Below are positions 42,957 through 53,233 of a DNA stretch of 64,000 bases, one piece after another. The translations under genes and the position numbers were made by a program. Positions within the stretch are counted from its first letter, which is position 1. Every line of letters starts with the position of its first letter. Where the stretch lies: contig CAXBME010000016.1 of assembly GCA_963976765.1 (NCBI GenBank), forward strand, positions 1 through 64,000. The letters are read 5' to 3'. The notes below the pieces were generated by a model, which worked only from the letters and a program-made list of their open reading frames with translations, made no database searches and was not told the origin of the DNA. Source of the stretch: an uncultured Planctomycetaceae bacterium (GTDB taxonomy: Bacteria; Planctomycetota; Planctomycetia; Planctomycetales; Planctomycetaceae).

Positions 42957-43457
42957 ATGAAATCTCTCATCGTTTTACGGCACGGAAAAGCGGAGAATCC
43001 TGGTGGTATGTCCGATTTCGATCGCTCACTGGCCGGACGAGGAACTCGCGACGCGGTTCGTGTCGGCGAGGTGCTGGTTGAAAAAAAACTCGCGCCCGAG
43101 CTGATCGTCACTTCCACCGCCAATCGCGCGCACTCGACCGCCAGACTTGTTGCCGAAGGCTGCAACTACTCGGGAGAGATCATTCCGGTCGACGATCTTT
43201 ATCTGCCAACTCAGTCTGCGATCCTGGCAACCGTTCGAAACATTCCGGAAGAGCACTCGCGAGTCCTCATCGTCGGCCACAATCCTGGCTTCGGCATGTT
43301 CGCCATGAAGTTCGGAAGCGGCGTCGACGAATTCCCAACCTGCGCCTGGACTCACATCGGATTCGACGTTGAATACTGGGGCGAGGTCACGCAGTCGACC
43401 AGATCAGAAGGTCTCGACTTCTGGTGCCCGAAATTCGAATCGAACAGGAACTACTGA
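42957..43457 (+). CDS. SixA-like histidine phosphatase
   Basis: LRHGKA, VGHNP. Confidence 0.88.
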   Translation: MKSLIVLRHGKAENPGGMSDFDRSLAGRGTRDAVRVGEVLVEKKLAPELIVTSTANRAHSTARLVAEGCNYSGEIIPVDDLYLPTQSAILATVRNIPEEHSRVLIVGHNPGFGMFAMKFGSGVDEFPTCAWTHIGFDVEYWGEVTQSTRSEGLDFWCPKFESNRNY

Positions 43458-43477
43458 ATACACTACCGCAGGCTTTC

Positions 43478-46099
43478 TTACAGAATCGCCATCGGGTCAC
43501 GGCGTTCTTCCAGGGTTCCTCGTGTGACGCCAACTCGGTTGGAAGCTTTGAGCTGACTCCAGACTTTCTGGGGAGATATCTCGCCGGCAAGAAGCGAGCG
43601 GTAGAGACTGATGATTGAGCTGACCTCGCTCGATTCTGAGTCCAGAAGCTCAATGCGGAAGTCGCGGACGCCAGCGTTCAGAAGTTGAGGGATCGCCTCG
43701 GCGGCGCTTTGTGGGACGGCGTTAAAGAGTGTGTTGCGACAGCCGACGTCGGCGGTCAGCGGGTGTTCCATGCCGACTCGATCCCGGAGTTGGACAACGT
43801 GATCGTCGCACGGACGTCCGCAGTTGTGTTTGTTCGTGCCGGGTGAAAGAACCGCGCAGAAAACGCAGTGCTCCATGTGGAACATTGGCATGTGCTGGTG
43901 CACCACGACTTCCAGCCATTCGGGAGGCGTGGCCTCGACAAGGTCGAGTAACTGTTCGCGGTTCAGGTCGTAGGACGCTGTAACTCGCTCCGCTCCCTGA
44001 TCGATCAGAAACTGAGCGGTCAGATCATTGGCGATGTTCAGTGAAAAGTCAGCGACAACTCGGACACCTGCATTTGTGAAAAATCGCAGCCCCGCGAAGT
44101 TCCGAACAAGAATTCCGTCGGCACCATGTTTCAGCAGAGCTTTGAAGATGCCCATCTCACCGGGCTTCTGAATCCGCGGCGTGGCGATGAAGATTTCGGC
44201 GGATGCGGCATGGGCGATCTCGACAGCCTGGCGGTACTCGCGAATGTCCTGAAAGTCGACCATCACGCTGCTGATGCCCGCTTCAAGCACACTCTGAAGT
44301 TGCGACAGCGATCGACAAAGAACCCGCATGTGTGCCCCCTGCTCTTCCGAACGCAATCTGGAAACCCGCGTGGACAACGTCGCTCGCAAGGCTGTCAAAG
44401 CAGACTCGTCAGCGATGCGTCGAGCCGGTCGTACTGCCGATGTCTCTTCAAGCTGCTGAACCATCGCGCGACGCAACCCGCCCAGGACACTGAGCGGGAT
44501 CATTGGCGAGCCAGTGATCGATGTCGTCAGCTCTTTGAGTTCGAAGACGGTTTTTCCGAGCCGGCTGAGTTGTTCTTTCAGGACATCTTCAGTGAGCGGG
44601 TGACGGCGAGCTTCTTCCAGAGGAGACTCTGATTCGACGCTGCATATGGCTCCGTTGGATGCGGAACCTTCGATACGCAACGGCTGACCGACCGCCGCTG
44701 AAACGTTCAGATCGACGGACACTCGGCGTTGAGGCTTGCCGGACGAAAACGTCTGACGCAGCTTCTTCGTGAGTTGCGGATCGTCGGTTTTCCAGACCTG
44801 CTGACCAGGCCAGAGTTGATCGAGAGTCAAAGCGCCGTTGCCGAATTCAAGTTCGACAATGCCGCTTGAAACGGTCTCCGTTAAGCGCTGACCATTGCGG
44901 ATGACATGGAAAACCCGCCCCCCCTGTTCCTGATCGCTGGCTCGGTCACCTTCAAAAACGACGCCGTCACCGGCGGCGATGGGTGATGCGAGTTGCACCG
45001 CGATACTACGGTCGCCGACGGACTTCACTTCGCCCAGGAAGACTCCTCGTTTGGCCGAGCTGAGTCCGGGAACCAGCATTTTGTGATCACAGCCGCCGAA
45101 CCATCCGGGCGAAAACCCTCGCGAGAAAGATAGCTCCATCTCACGAACAGTCTGCTCTGAAAGCTGGACGAGCTGACCATTGACCGCCGACGTGATGGCC
45201 TCGTCATAATGCCGGGTGATGTTGGCAACGTATTCGGGTTGCTTGAGTCGTCCTTCAATCTTGAGCGAGCAGATGCCCGCATCCATCAAGTCGGGAATGA
45301 GCGCATAAGCAGCGAGATCCTGTGGACTGAGCAGGTATTTCACATCGCCAAGGTCGATGTCTTCGCCGTCGCAGATCAGGTCGTATGGCAGTCGGCAGGC
45401 TTGAGCACACTGGCCGCGATTGGCGCTGCGGCCGCCGAGCGATTCGCTGGTCAGACACTGCCCCGAATAAGCAACGCAAAGCGCTCCATGCACGAATGCC
45501 TCCAGCGGCATGTCGGTCCTGTCGTTAATCGAGCTGATTTCCTTGACCGAAAGTTCGCGCGCCAGGACGACACGCTCGATGCCCAGTTCCGCCGCGACTT
45601 CGATGCACTCCGCACTGGTCAGGGTCATTTGCGTCGACGCGTGAATCGGCAGATCGGGGCAGGTGGCTCGAATCAGGCGTGCGAGGCCGATGTCCTGAAC
45701 GAGGACTGCGTCAACCCCCGTTTCGGCGAGTTTACGAATGAGCGGTTCGACAACTTCCAGTTCCGACGGAAACGTCAGCGTGTTCAGCGTAACGTAGCCT
45801 TTAACGCCTCGCCGATGCATGAAGTCCATCAGCTCTGGCAGGTCGTCAGGATCGAAATTGGCGGCTCGCGCTCGAGCGTTAAATCCACAGTCGAGGCCAA
45901 AGTAAATCGCGTTGGCACCGTTCTCGACGGCCGCGCGAACGCAGTCCCAATCGCCGGCGGGAGCGAGCAATTCTGGACGCGTGGAAGTGCTTTTGGGAGG
46001 TGCAGAGGGCACAGTTGGTTGAACTCGTAGATGCGGAATTGTCGGACAGGACGGAGAATTGACGAGTCTAACGAACCAGCGGTCGACATTCCGCTTCAC
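43478..46099 (-). CDS. U32 family protein with DUF3656 (RlhA-like rRNA hydroxylation protein); true start probably ~90 nt downstream of the ORF-track start
   Basis: PELLAPAG, HASTQM, HGALCVAYSGQC, NRGQCAQACR, KIEGR, long C-terminal region. Confidence 0.85.
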   Translation of the reverse strand: MKRNVDRWFVRLVNSPSCPTIPHLRVQPTVPSAPPKSTSTRPELLAPAGDWDCVRAAVENGANAIYFGLDCGFNARARAANFDPDDLPELMDFMHRRGVKGYVTLNTLTFPSELEVVEPLIRKLAETGVDAVLVQDIGLARLIRATCPDLPIHASTQMTLTSAECIEVAAELGIERVVLARELSVKEISSINDRTDMPLEAFVHGALCVAYSGQCLTSESLGGRSANRGQCAQACRLPYDLICDGEDIDLGDVKYLLSPQDLAAYALIPDLMDAGICSLKIEGRLKQPEYVANITRHYDEAITSAVNGQLVQLSEQTVREMELSFSRGFSPGWFGGCDHKMLVPGLSSAKRGVFLGEVKSVGDRSIAVQLASPIAAGDGVVFEGDRASDQEQGGRVFHVIRNGQRLTETVSSGIVELEFGNGALTLDQLWPGQQVWKTDDPQLTKKLRQTFSSGKPQRRVSVDLNVSAAVGQPLRIEGSASNGAICSVESESPLEEARRHPLTEDVLKEQLSRLGKTVFELKELTTSITGSPMIPLSVLGGLRRAMVQQLEETSAVRPARRIADESALTALRATLSTRVSRLRSEEQGAHMRVLCRSLSQLQSVLEAGISSVMVDFQDIREYRQAVEIAHAASAEIFIATPRIQKPGEMGIFKALLKHGADGILVRNFAGLRFFTNAGVRVVADFSLNIANDLTAQFLIDQGAERVTASYDLNREQLLDLVEATPPEWLEVVVHQHMPMFHMEHCVFCAVLSPGTNKHNCGRPCDDHVVQLRDRVGMEHPLTADVGCRNTLFNAVPQSAAEAIPQLLNAGVRDFRIELLDSESSEVSSIISLYRSLLAGEISPQKVWSQLKASNRVGVTRGTLEERRDPMAIL

Positions 46100-46268
46100 G
46101 AAGAACGCCTTTTATTTACCCATTGACTGTGTCGAAATGTTCGACCACAGAAGGCACGGAAAACCAAACGATTTCCCGCGTCTTTCCATGAATTCCGAGG
46201 CCAAACCCGACTATCTGAATTCGATGTAAACATCGTCAGCGTTGACGTCTCGTTAAGGAAATCGTTCC

Positions 46269-47615
46269 ATGAGGCACGGGGATATTGTTTTGCGGGAGAC
46301 GACGATGCCGAATTTTTCATTCCACATACTGAGCTGGCTGATCGCCGTCGTTGCTTTTGCTGGCAGTCTCGGCGAGGTGGCCATCGCGCAGAAGAAGGCA
46401 AGTCCCGCCAGATTCGCCGTGGACCTCGTAACTCTTGATTCTGGCAACCGTCTGCGTGGAGCGTTTGCGGGTGTCGATGCGGATGGCGTGGTTTCGATGG
46501 CCGTGCAGCGGGAGTGGCTGAAGAATTCGAAGCCAGTGTTTTACGAAGAGGTCACTCACAACGAATCGACCGAAGCGAAAGCGGCGGCGACTGAGTTGCG
46601 GGCCAGGATCCAGAAGTGGCTCGACGAGAAGCCGGAATCCAATGCGGTCGTGACATTCCTCGAAGTCGAGCGGGAACGCGTCGATGAGCAGCTCGCAAAG
46701 TTGAACGAAGCTCGCGGCGGTGCCGGAACCAGCCAGTTTGTCATGCTGAAGTTTCCACGTCGCGAAGCGAAGTACTCGTTCGCTCAGTCGACTGAAAATC
46801 GGCGTATCGCGATGCTGGCCTGGCGCGAACGTTTTCCGGATGTCGAAACACGAGAGGCCGCCGATCTTGAGCAACAGCTCCGTGAACGGGGAATCGATCC
46901 GGCTGTGGATTTTCCTGACCTGGCAGGTCGTCTACCGGTCGTTCGGCAGGATGAAAACGAATGGGCGGCTCGGCGGGCGGTGATCGAATACGAACTCGTC
47001 GGCAAGCTCGACTTCCAGGGAATCGGGAGTGCCCTTGTTCGAACCGACGGGGGAGCCGGGAAGGTTGGTTTGGAGCAACTGCTGCCTCAAATTCTGCCTC
47101 AACTGCTGCAGGATCAGGTCGGCGGGCAACTCGCAGACCTGTTGCAGGAGCCTGGCCTGCCCCGGCCACGAGGTGCCGAAAACTCAACACCCGATCTCAG
47201 CGGAGCCATCCGTGAGGCCGAACGCGCTGGTCGAAAAGGTTTTCGAGTAACGACCGTGGAACTGAATCTTCAACGGAAGCAGGCAAAGGTTGAAACTCGC
47301 TTCGTGGCGAAGCTGTCAACAGGCAAGTGGGAAACAATCTGGCACCACAATGCGTCGGGTGATCCGTCGAAGCCTCGACCAGACGCCCAGCGGCAGATTG
47401 AGAATGATCCGCAGGTTGCAGAAGCTCTCAAACTTGTAAAGTCGCTGGGGCTGGGAACAGGCGGGCAGTTACAAACGGCGATGAATTTCGGCGCGGCCAC
47501 GATGGAAGCTCAGAAAGCGGCAGACCAGGAGTTCTTCCGATTTCTCGACCGGTACTTCCAGCGTCTGGATGGGCCAGCCCTGAAATGGTCATCGGGCGAC
47601 CACTCTGTAAATTAG
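46269..47615 (+). CDS. Secreted hypothetical protein
   Basis: 448-aa ORF with signal-peptide-like N-terminus. Confidence 0.75.
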   Translation: MRHGDIVLRETTMPNFSFHILSWLIAVVAFAGSLGEVAIAQKKASPARFAVDLVTLDSGNRLRGAFAGVDADGVVSMAVQREWLKNSKPVFYEEVTHNESTEAKAAATELRARIQKWLDEKPESNAVVTFLEVERERVDEQLAKLNEARGGAGTSQFVMLKFPRREAKYSFAQSTENRRIAMLAWRERFPDVETREAADLEQQLRERGIDPAVDFPDLAGRLPVVRQDENEWAARRAVIEYELVGKLDFQGIGSALVRTDGGAGKVGLEQLLPQILPQLLQDQVGGQLADLLQEPGLPRPRGAENSTPDLSGAIREAERAGRKGFRVTTVELNLQRKQAKVETRFVAKLSTGKWETIWHHNASGDPSKPRPDAQRQIENDPQVAEALKLVKSLGLGTGGQLQTAMNFGAATMEAQKAADQEFFRFLDRYFQRLDGPALKWSSGDHSVN

Positions 47616-48288
47616 CCTCGCTTAACCCGGTGTCCCCTTCCAGTCACGAGCAGCCACTCGCGATTAAAAAATCCTCAAGCAGAGAAGCCTGGATTTACTC
47701 TGCGGACTGTGTGGTCCCTCAACAACCGAGTCAAATACCTGAGGTATTTTCCGCACATTGTTCCGACCTGGCAATTTGTCAGGGCCGATACTTGTTGCGC
47801 CGCGGGAAACAACTCACATCCCGAGTAGAAACAGACCGAGGTTTCAGCCCTTTGTGGACTGATTGGCTCCAGGCAGAAACGGTCTCAGGATGAGTTTTCA
47901 GCGGCTTGAGCAACTCCAGTTCTCCGGCAGAAACGTCCGAGGTTTCCGCGAGGTTACTCGCATCGCCCCAGGTGGAAACGGTCCAGGAACTGGAAGCTGC
48001 CCTTTGAATACGCCGCCCGGTTCCGTACCGCGATCGGCGTCTTATTCTGCGCAATGAGACTGTTTGTCTGGCGGCATTTTTGTCTGGCGGCATTTGACCA
48101 AGGATACCTTCTGTCGGGTGTGATCAGTTGAGCAAACGATTCGGCTGGTGTGCCGGATGTCGCCCCGCGGAGTCTGTAGCCATCTGGATGGCTCGCCGAT
48201 CTCCTTCGCCAGCGAACCTCAATGCCGTTCGGCCTGCCGGCCGCACATTGTATTTCTCCATGTTCAAACAGCTTATGGTTCAAACCGA

Positions 48289-49089
48289 TTATGGTGTCAG
48301 AACCAGGCCGCGATTTTCGTCGGGGCGAGCCCGGTGCAGCGAACCCTGGCAACGTCCTGCGGGTGTTCGCGGGCCCTTGGCGACGAGTAGCTCGTCCTTC
48401 GCAATTCCCACAATGCCGAGCGAGCAATCGACTTCGTGGCGACCGAGCATGCGAAACTTCGCGTCCGTCCTCAGCAGGATCTTCGGCGTCCCATAACAAC
48501 CGAACCACCACGCTCCGTCGTGAAAAGTTGCCGTCTGAATCCCAAGCATTGTCCAGCCACTTTTGATGACGTGTCTCCGAGCGAATTTAAACGCCGAGTC
48601 GTATTCGTAAACGTAGTTCTCTTCGACGCCATCCGGCAATCCGCCGACGACAAAGAAACGCCCATCCATGACACCGATTCCGCCAGCTCCGTGGAAGACT
48701 TCCTGAGTTTCGTGTCTTGCGATCAGGTCGAGGGTATCTGCGTTGTAAATGTAAACCCACGAATCGGCATTGCCTTTGGGGTCGTTGAATTTGCCAAGGT
48801 TAACCGCCACGTAGATCTTCCCGTTGAGGAAACAGAGATCACCGTGATGATTCGCGACGTCAACTTTTTTCTGGACGCGGCCGCTTCGGTCAGTCTTCAC
48901 AAGTTCGGTGGTGAAGGACCAGTAAACCGAGTCTCGCTCGTTCGTACAGACGCCCTGAAGGTGATGCTGGTAGTCGCCGTCGCACCTCACGTTTCCAAAG
49001 GTCGGGCTCTCGTCCGCAGCCCGCAGTGGTGAAGTGAGGATCGGCATTGCTGAGCAGATGAGAAAAACAATCGCGATGGCTGGCTTCAT
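48289..49089 (-). CDS. Secreted hypothetical protein, beta-propeller-like
   Basis: Signal peptide MKPAIAIVFLICSAMPILTSPLRA; HHLQG and HHGD motifs. Confidence 0.7.
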   Translation of the reverse strand: MKPAIAIVFLICSAMPILTSPLRAADESPTFGNVRCDGDYQHHLQGVCTNERDSVYWSFTTELVKTDRSGRVQKKVDVANHHGDLCFLNGKIYVAVNLGKFNDPKGNADSWVYIYNADTLDLIARHETQEVFHGAGGIGVMDGRFFVVGGLPDGVEENYVYEYDSAFKFARRHVIKSGWTMLGIQTATFHDGAWWFGCYGTPKILLRTDAKFRMLGRHEVDCSLGIVGIAKDELLVAKGPRTPAGRCQGSLHRARPDENRGLVLTP

Positions 49090-49484
49090 GGATGAACTCC
49101 GGTTTTGAATCTTCGTCAGAATTGTGTCTTCCCGCCGGTCGGACGATGGCAATTGCAGCGTCGCCGATTGAGCTTCGCGGGTGTCTGAAACTTTCCGGTA
49201 TCTGAGCAGCCACGTCGATCGTCCAAGGCCACTGGCAAACTCAGACATCGTAACACTGACCGGCTTGGCGGCGACCATCAAGGCTTGTACAGCGAATGGG
49301 ATCGCTCAATGTCCATTCCAGTCGCAATTCGGATATGCTTTTTCGGAGCGTCACACCTGCACGATTATTTGATTGGCTCTGGCCTGATTTTGCACATGCC
49401 GGCAATCAGACAGCGGTGTGCCGCGAGCATCAGAAGTGTCTTTCCTGAATGCCTTGAGATTGTTCCAGACTTGATGGGCAGATC

Positions 49485-51818
49485 ATGTCGAATTCGGCTG
49501 ATGAACTGATGGACGACAGCGACGACGAGCTGGCAAAGGATCCACCGTCGCTGCCAAAGGAGCCAGGCCAGTCGATGGATGCAACCCGTCCCTACGATCC
49601 AGAGACTGACCGGGATTCCAACGCAGACTTTGTCGTTGATTCGGTTGTGTACAGAGAGAAGCCGCCAAAGTCACTGGGCAAGTACACCATTCAGGAACGG
49701 ATCGGTGCTGGTGGAATGGGGGTTGTCTGGAAAGCCATCGACCCCGACCTGCAGCGCACAGTGGCGATCAAGGTTCTGGGGCCTCATCTTCGGCACAGCC
49801 AGACGGCGCGCCGGCGATTTCAGCGAGAGGCGCGAGCGGCTGCCGCCATCAGTCATCCGAATGTCCTGACGATTCACGCGGTTGAGGAGCACGAACATGT
49901 ACCATTTCTGGTCATGGAATATGTTTCCGGGCTGTCGTTGAAAGAGTACGTCACCGAGAAAGGCAAGCTTCCTCACATGGAAGTTTTCCAGTTGGCCTCA
50001 CAGATCGCACATGGACTCGCCGCCGCTCATGCCCAGGGGGTAATTCACCGCGACGTGAAACCTGGTAACGTCATGCTCCACGAAGGTGGCACGAGGGTAC
50101 GTTTGACTGACTTCGGTCTGGCTCGAATCACGTTTGATAATTCAGAGCTGACGTCGCACGGTCAGTATGTCGGCACCCCAGCTTACATGCCGCCTGAGCA
50201 GTTGCGCGGTGGCAATGTCGATACGCGGGCGGACCTCTTCAGCCTGGGGTGCGTTATCTATTACATGCTTGTGGGCTATTCGCCGTTTCAGGGGCGAACT
50301 CAAGGTGAGACAATTCACCGGATTCTCGGTGACGAAGTTGTCTCTCTTCGTGAAGTTGACCCAACAGTCCCACCGTTTCTGGCGGACCTTATCGAACGGT
50401 TGCTGAATCGCGATCCGGATTTGCGTTACCAGTCGGCATTCGAAGTGGCCGATGTGCTTTCGAAATTTCTCTCGCAACTGAATCGGGCGGCAACGGATGA
50501 TCTTTCGGCCGTGCTTTCACACAATCCGGCATCGCGTTTTTCAGCCGGCAACCGTACGCCGTCAAAATTGAAGGGCCGAGTCGTTCTGCTGTCCATGCTT
50601 GCTGTCGCGGCTTGTGTGGCATTCTTCGTTCTGCCGGAAGTGATCCGGAACAACGGGCTCGAGAATTCAGACCTGGTCAACAATTCTCACTCAGCTGGAG
50701 GCACCCCTGTCATCCCGGATTCGCAGCTTCCGACGGGAACGCCAATCGTTCCTCAGCCGGACCTTCCGAAACTGGCCGAGATCACGGTGTCCCCCTCGAC
50801 CGAGTTCCAGACAATTTCGCAGGCCGTCGCGCGAGCCGCCAGCAATTGCACGATCAAAGTGACTGGCTCTGGCCCTTATGCCGAATCGGTCAAGATTGCC
50901 GGAGCCGATCTCGACGGATTGAAACTGGTCGCTGACTCGCGAACGCGCTGGCTGACTCCCGATCCCCAGAAAGAGCACCGCGTTCTGACCATTGAAAATG
51001 TGCGAGATGTCGTGATTCAGGGTTTCGATTTCGAAATCACGGAAGCGACTGGCCGTGCTCTGCATCTGCGAGGCACGACTGGCAACGTCACAATACAGGA
51101 CTGTTCGTTTCAGCACATGCAGAAAGAACATCGTCTGTCACTGGCGCTGGCCGAATCGGAAATGCCAGACGCTGCGGACAGAATTCAGTTTCTCAACTGC
51201 CGATTCACTGCCGCCGAGGGGCCCGTCATGTGCCTGGCTCTTGGAGGAAGCAGCGGAGGCTCGATACGTGCAGAGGCTCGAAACTGCCAGTTTTCGTCAC
51301 CGGGAACTCACATCATGGTGACCAGTGCCTGTCGCAGTTTCACTCTGGCAGAGAACATTTTTACTGGAGGCAGCAACGCCATCAATCTGAGCTATCGGGA
51401 ATGGTCACCGGATGCGCAGGTCGAAATTGTGAACAACACGTTCGTGGAAACTCGTCACTGGTTCGGTCTGATGGACTCTTTCCGCGGAGAGAGCGTGCCG
51501 ACCGGAAAGGGCACGTCGCGAATCTGCAATAACCTGATCCTCGGTGGCGAGCGAATGCTGGGAGGTGAAGATCAGTGGCAGCACGTCGAGACGTCCTGGG
51601 CATTCGACGCTAACTGGTGGGAGCCGTCTGCTTCGACTCGACCGAACGCGGGCCGCGACGGTCGAGTCGCTGAGTTGAAAGACAACCTCAACATACCGAA
51701 TCGGGACAAGTCGGATCTGCCAGACTACCTGCGTCCCGCGCCGGGATCGATCCTGTTTGAATCTGGCTGCTGCGAAGACCTTCCTCGTTTCATCGGTGCA
51801 ATAGGGCCTGCCAAATGA
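49485..51818 (+). CDS. Hanks-type Ser/Thr kinase with TM helix and extracytoplasmic right-handed beta-helix
   Basis: GAGGMG, VAIK, HRDVKPGN, DFG, YMPPE; TM helix; TISQAV, NCRF, ENIF, NNTF, NNLI. Confidence 0.92.
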   Translation: MSNSADELMDDSDDELAKDPPSLPKEPGQSMDATRPYDPETDRDSNADFVVDSVVYREKPPKSLGKYTIQERIGAGGMGVVWKAIDPDLQRTVAIKVLGPHLRHSQTARRRFQREARAAAAISHPNVLTIHAVEEHEHVPFLVMEYVSGLSLKEYVTEKGKLPHMEVFQLASQIAHGLAAAHAQGVIHRDVKPGNVMLHEGGTRVRLTDFGLARITFDNSELTSHGQYVGTPAYMPPEQLRGGNVDTRADLFSLGCVIYYMLVGYSPFQGRTQGETIHRILGDEVVSLREVDPTVPPFLADLIERLLNRDPDLRYQSAFEVADVLSKFLSQLNRAATDDLSAVLSHNPASRFSAGNRTPSKLKGRVVLLSMLAVAACVAFFVLPEVIRNNGLENSDLVNNSHSAGGTPVIPDSQLPTGTPIVPQPDLPKLAEITVSPSTEFQTISQAVARAASNCTIKVTGSGPYAESVKIAGADLDGLKLVADSRTRWLTPDPQKEHRVLTIENVRDVVIQGFDFEITEATGRALHLRGTTGNVTIQDCSFQHMQKEHRLSLALAESEMPDAADRIQFLNCRFTAAEGPVMCLALGGSSGGSIRAEARNCQFSSPGTHIMVTSACRSFTLAENIFTGGSNAINLSYREWSPDAQVEIVNNTFVETRHWFGLMDSFRGESVPTGKGTSRICNNLILGGERMLGGEDQWQHVETSWAFDANWWEPSASTRPNAGRDGRVAELKDNLNIPNRDKSDLPDYLRPAPGSILFESGCCEDLPRFIGAIGPAK

Positions 51819-53233
51819 CTGATTACGACTTCTCTTCCGATGCGTTTTCTCAGCCGCCGGTTCCGATGCGGTCAGCTCCCGGACGAGCATCAGCACCGCG
51901 GCGAATTCCGGTGTTCATCCAGAATGACTATCCGGAATTCATTGATGGCGACGACCCGGAACTCATGACGCAACGGTCGGCCAGATCGCAGTCGACCGAC
52001 CTGATGCCAAGAGTCAGTGACTACCCCGGCGACTTTCAAGCCAGCCATCAACAAACGCAACAGCAACGTTCACCAGAAAGTCGAATACAGAGTCAGACGC
52101 AGCAGTCTCAACCGAAGACTCAGTTTCAGGACGTTGACCTGGAGTCCTCGGAAATTCCAGACAAGCCGCTGGACATGGTTTGTGTTGGTCCCAGCTTTCA
52201 GGTGGGAGGCGTGCACCAGCACACGTTGGGGCTCGCTCGTTTTCTGCATCCCGACCGCGTTCGATTAACGCGATGCTTCGTGACGAGCGAGCGTCCTGAG
52301 CACCTGCCCGAGCCGGGAACGTTTCCGGTGCCTGTCGAATATTGCAGCATGGCCGACCTTCCAAAGCGAACAGCAAAGTACGACGTGATTCTTGCCTGGG
52401 GAGAAGGGTACAACGGTCGGCTGGAATCTTCCGGACCGCTGCGAGTCTTCCTTGCACACGGCGAAAGTCTGTGGACTCGCAAAGGTCTCGAAGGCAGCGA
52501 TCAGGCGGTTGATCACGTAATCGCCGTCAGCAAGCGTGTTCGAGATCGGGTCTGCGAAGGCTTTCCAACAACAACCATTCTGAACGGTGTCGACTCGGCG
52601 AGGCTCGGTCAGACTCGACCAGCCGACGACGTGCGGAAGCAACTCGGGTTTAGTCGTAACGATTTCGTCATCGGCTCGGTCGGACGCTTCACCCGTGAGA
52701 AGCAGATGCATCTGCTTATCGAAGCCGTCGCTCGACTCCCGCAGAATTTCAAGTTAATGCTGGTCGGTTCGGGACGCCGGGAAGACGAACTCATGCGGCT
52801 GGCCAACGAGCGGATTCCCGGTCGGCATGCCTTCATTGCGGCTCACGATTATCTGGGCGATTACTACCGCGCGATGGACGCTTTCAGCCTGGTGTCTGCT
52901 CACGAAGGCTTCGGTCTGGTCATCCCCGAAGCCATGATGTGCGAACGTCCGGTGATCGTCACCAACGTCGGCTGTGTCCCCGAAGTTATTCGCGACCGGA
53001 TTAACGGCATCGTGGTCGATTCGACTGCCGAATCCATCGCCGCCGCCGCTCAGCTTCTGCAGGCTCATCCCAACTGGGCGCGAGGCATCGCAGTGGAAGG
53101 CCAGAACTTTGCGACACGACATCTTCACGCCATGAGGATGGCTCAGCAGTACGAAAATCTGATCTGCAATCTGCACGCTCGCCGCAGCTCGAATCTTCGT
53201 CGGGAAAGTGCCTCGTACGGGGTCGTGCGATGA
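51815..53233 (+). CDS. GT4 glycosyltransferase with disordered Q/S-rich N-terminus
   Basis: VGRFTREKQ, EGFGLVIPEAMM, NVGCVPEVI. Confidence 0.9.
   Translation: MTDYDFSSDAFSQPPVPMRSAPGRASAPRRIPVFIQNDYPEFIDGDDPELMTQRSARSQSTDLMPRVSDYPGDFQASHQQTQQQRSPESRIQSQTQQSQPKTQFQDVDLESSEIPDKPLDMVCVGPSFQVGGVHQHTLGLARFLHPDRVRLTRCFVTSERPEHLPEPGTFPVPVEYCSMADLPKRTAKYDVILAWGEGYNGRLESSGPLRVFLAHGESLWTRKGLEGSDQAVDHVIAVSKRVRDRVCEGFPTTTILNGVDSARLGQTRPADDVRKQLGFSRNDFVIGSVGRFTREKQMHLLIEAVARLPQNFKLMLVGSGRREDELMRLANERIPGRHAFIAAHDYLGDYYRAMDAFSLVSAHEGFGLVIPEAMMCERPVIVTNVGCVPEVIRDRINGIVVDSTAESIAAAAQLLQAHPNWARGIAVEGQNFATRHLHAMRMAQQYENLICNLHARRSSNLRRESASYGVVR

Noticed and set aside
47815..47990. CRISPR array
   Set aside because: GTTTC...GAAAC ends look CRISPR-like, but units are divergent, gaps are only ~7-13 nt and no cas genes are present
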